Source of the DNA: a virus
Taxonomy: Duplodnaviria; Caudoviricetes
Strand: one strand, 5' to 3'
Length of the DNA: 64,000 nucleotides
IMG/VR virus record: IMGVR_UViG_2706795941_000001
Span: 1-64,000 of that record
Each line of letters starts with the position of its first letter. The stretch's first letter is position 1. Below are positions 62,226 to 64,000 of the stretch, piece by piece. The notes under the pieces were generated by a model, which saw nothing but the letters and a program-made list of their open reading frames with translations, ran no database searches and was not told where the DNA came from. The translations under genes and the position numbers were made by a program.

Positions 62226-62579
62226 TTACAAATAGAAGTCGTCGTCCCACACAACAGGTGTGAGTTCTTTCCAGCCCGCCTCGATGGCCTTGACCTTTCC
62301 GCTGGTGTAGTACACTCGTTCAAGTGTGCCCGCTTCGAGTCGCTTGATGTACTCGATCGAGCCGATGTGATTGAACAGTTCGTTCTGCCAATCGCAGCGC
62401 TCGAGAAGTTCCTTCTGTTCCTTCTTGTTCTCGATTCGCTTCGCTGCATCGGCCACCTTTTTCTCCCATCGTTCATGGCGGTGAAGATGGTCCCAGATAG
62501 TTGTAGCGCATGCTGTAGCTCCGGTTGTCGCAACGAGTATGATCAACAACTGAATCCAGAACTCGGCATCCATTGTCAC
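62226..62579 (-). CDS. N-terminal TM coiled-coil protein
   Basis: Hydrophobic N-terminus. Confidence 0.65.
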   Translation of the reverse strand: MTMDAEFWIQLLIILVATTGATACATTIWDHLHRHERWEKKVADAAKRIENKKEQKELLERCDWQNELFNHIGSIEYIKRLEAGTLERVYYTSGKVKAIEAGWKELTPVVWDDDFYL

Positions 62580-62582
62580 ATG

Positions 62583-64000
62583 CTACCTCAATCGCTTGCC
62601 CAGGTGCTCAACCACTGTGCGGTAGTCCGACGGGCTATCCACACGAACCGTCTCGAGTCCGTGCTTGGTCGGCGAGTCGGTGCCCGCGCCCACACCGAGC
62701 ACCGTGTAGCGCTGGCGCTTGCACAACTCCAACTCGTCCTTGAGAATGTCGAGCTCTTCGTTGTAGTTGGAAGCGGGCATGGCTCCGTCGGTGTAGTACA
62801 TGATGATCTTCTCGGTGGCCTTGGCCTTGTCCGCACGTCTCCGGTAGAACCGGAGCGAGTGGCCGTCCAGGTTGCCCGACACTGCCGTCGCCCGGCGCAG
62901 TCGATCCTTCTGTGCGGTGGACCACGGCTCGTCGGCGGCCTTGATCTCGTAGAACGCAGCACCCATGCGTGCCTCGCTCCAGTACTCGTTGTCGCCGTCG
63001 AGGTCGTAGGTGGTGTGACCCCAGATCTCGAACGAGACATTGACACGAGAACACACGTCAGCCATGCCAAGCACGGCCATCTTGATGTTCTCGTACGTGC
63101 GACCTGCGGTCGAACCACTCGAGTCCATGCCGATCACGACGTGGTAGCTGCGTGCATCAGGTCGTACACGTGTGGCGAAGATGCGATCGTCACCGAAGGG
63201 CACACGCTTGGCGAGTGACTTGCCATGCACCCGACCCGACCTCTGGTTGCGATGCCTCTCCACCCGTGCATTGAACCCGAAGGCGATGCGTGCCTGGTTC
63301 ACTGACGCACCGACGATTGACTCGGGCACCTTGAAACGATCGGGCCGAGTGACGTAGCCGTTGTAGTATCCCAAGCCTGACCACATCTCGTCCTTGATGT
63401 CACCTTCTCGGATGATCAGCGGCTGCGCCACGTTGATCGGCACGCTACCCAGCAGGGCCAGCGACTCGATGACCTTGGTCAGTTCTTCCTCGGTCTTGGC
63501 ATCGGCGGGTGCGGCCTTGCCGTGGTGGTTACCACCTGCACCCCAGTCATTTTCGTCCTCGTCTTCGTCTTCGTCCTGGTCACCGCCTGCCGGTGCCTCG
63601 TCCTCGCCTGCACTGCCTGGTGCTACGCCTGTCTGATGCTGCGGCGTATCGTTCGCTCCACCCGCACCATGCCCGATGAACTGGGCGAGGAACTTCATGA
63701 GCTCCTTGAGCAGCTCGTCGAGCTCGTTGTCGTCAGCGTCGGCGTCAAATAGGCACAGCTCGTTCTCGTTGGCGAACTCCAGTGCCATAGCTGCACCGAT
63801 CATGGTGTCGTAGACATCCCGAGCGTTGAGGAACTTGTCGAGGATCATCTCACCCTTGGGCGAGTCCACTAGCTCAACCACCTCGGGGTCGAAGTGGTAT
63901 TCGTACTCAACCCCGGTGGCCTTAACTAGAAAGATCAAGGAGATTTGCTTGTTCTTGTCGAGGTCCGAGTACAACGTGAGCCCACCGTCGTCACCCTCGA
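62583..64000 (-). CDS. von Willebrand factor A (CobT-like) protein, 5' end outside the window
   Basis: MIDAS motif DSSGS, GNLDG and TDG. Acidic linker. The frame stays open to the window edge. Confidence 0.8.
   Translation of the reverse strand, partial: EGDDGGLTLYSDLDKNKQISLIFLVKATGVEYEYHFDPEVVELVDSPKGEMILDKFLNARDVYDTMIGAAMALEFANENELCLFDADADDNELDELLKELMKFLAQFIGHGAGGANDTPQHQTGVAPGSAGEDEAPAGGDQDEDEDEDENDWGAGGNHHGKAAPADAKTEEELTKVIESLALLGSVPINVAQPLIIREGDIKDEMWSGLGYYNGYVTRPDRFKVPESIVGASVNQARIAFGFNARVERHRNQRSGRVHGKSLAKRVPFGDDRIFATRVRPDARSYHVVIGMDSSGSTAGRTYENIKMAVLGMADVCSRVNVSFEIWGHTTYDLDGDNEYWSEARMGAAFYEIKAADEPWSTAQKDRLRRATAVSGNLDGHSLRFYRRRADKAKATEKIIMYYTDGAMPASNYNEELDILKDELELCKRQRYTVLGVGAGTDSPTKHGLETVRVDSPSDYRTVVEHLGKRLR

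Noticed and set aside
1-64000. tRNA/rRNA genes, tail sheath, IS elements, inteins, diversity-generating retroelement
   Set aside because: No cloverleaf with T-loop consensus, sheath-sized gene, transposase, intein motif or reverse transcriptase was recognised by eye. A tRNAscan or HMM run would be decisive.

Overview
This window is about 64 kb of a tailed dsDNA actinobacteriophage genome with siphovirus architecture: a tail tube protein, a 3028-aa tape measure and no sheath. A mycolic-acid-containing Mycobacteriales host (Gordonia/Rhodococcus/Tsukamurella type) is inferred from a LysB-like cutinase, WhiB, a split lysin A and an MmpS-like exported protein. Layout: (i) 1-1860, non-coding control region. 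Its GC-rich part is hairpin- and CTAG-rich, with G-tracts and a perfect CRP/GlxR box. Its AT-rich part has 13 AAACTAT heptamers and three near-identical palindromes, a likely origin. (ii) 1865-7117, leftward replication genes (AEP primase; Zn-finger/helicase). (iii) A divergent promoter at about 7180-7300. (iv) 7302-42661, rightward packaging, head (Mu-like portal, protease/scaffold), tail (-1 frameshifted chaperone) and lysis genes. (v) 42650-64000, leftward early/middle genes: Cas4-like exonuclease, WhiB, DNA MTase, displaced LysB, MazG-like, RusA, DUF4406, beta clamp, Orn-like exonuclease, SNF2 helicase, SSB-like, HNH, many Zn-finger and membrane microproteins, and a truncated vWA protein. 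No integrase, DNA polymerase, tRNA or CRISPR array was seen. The most unusual items are the protein in the small-terminase slot (apparently a catalytically eroded TGT/DpdA-like barrel plus Cys4 motif fused to a TerS-like helical region), the origin-like palindrome array, and an SGNH-esterase virion protein inside the head module. All family calls come from motif reading, not database searches.
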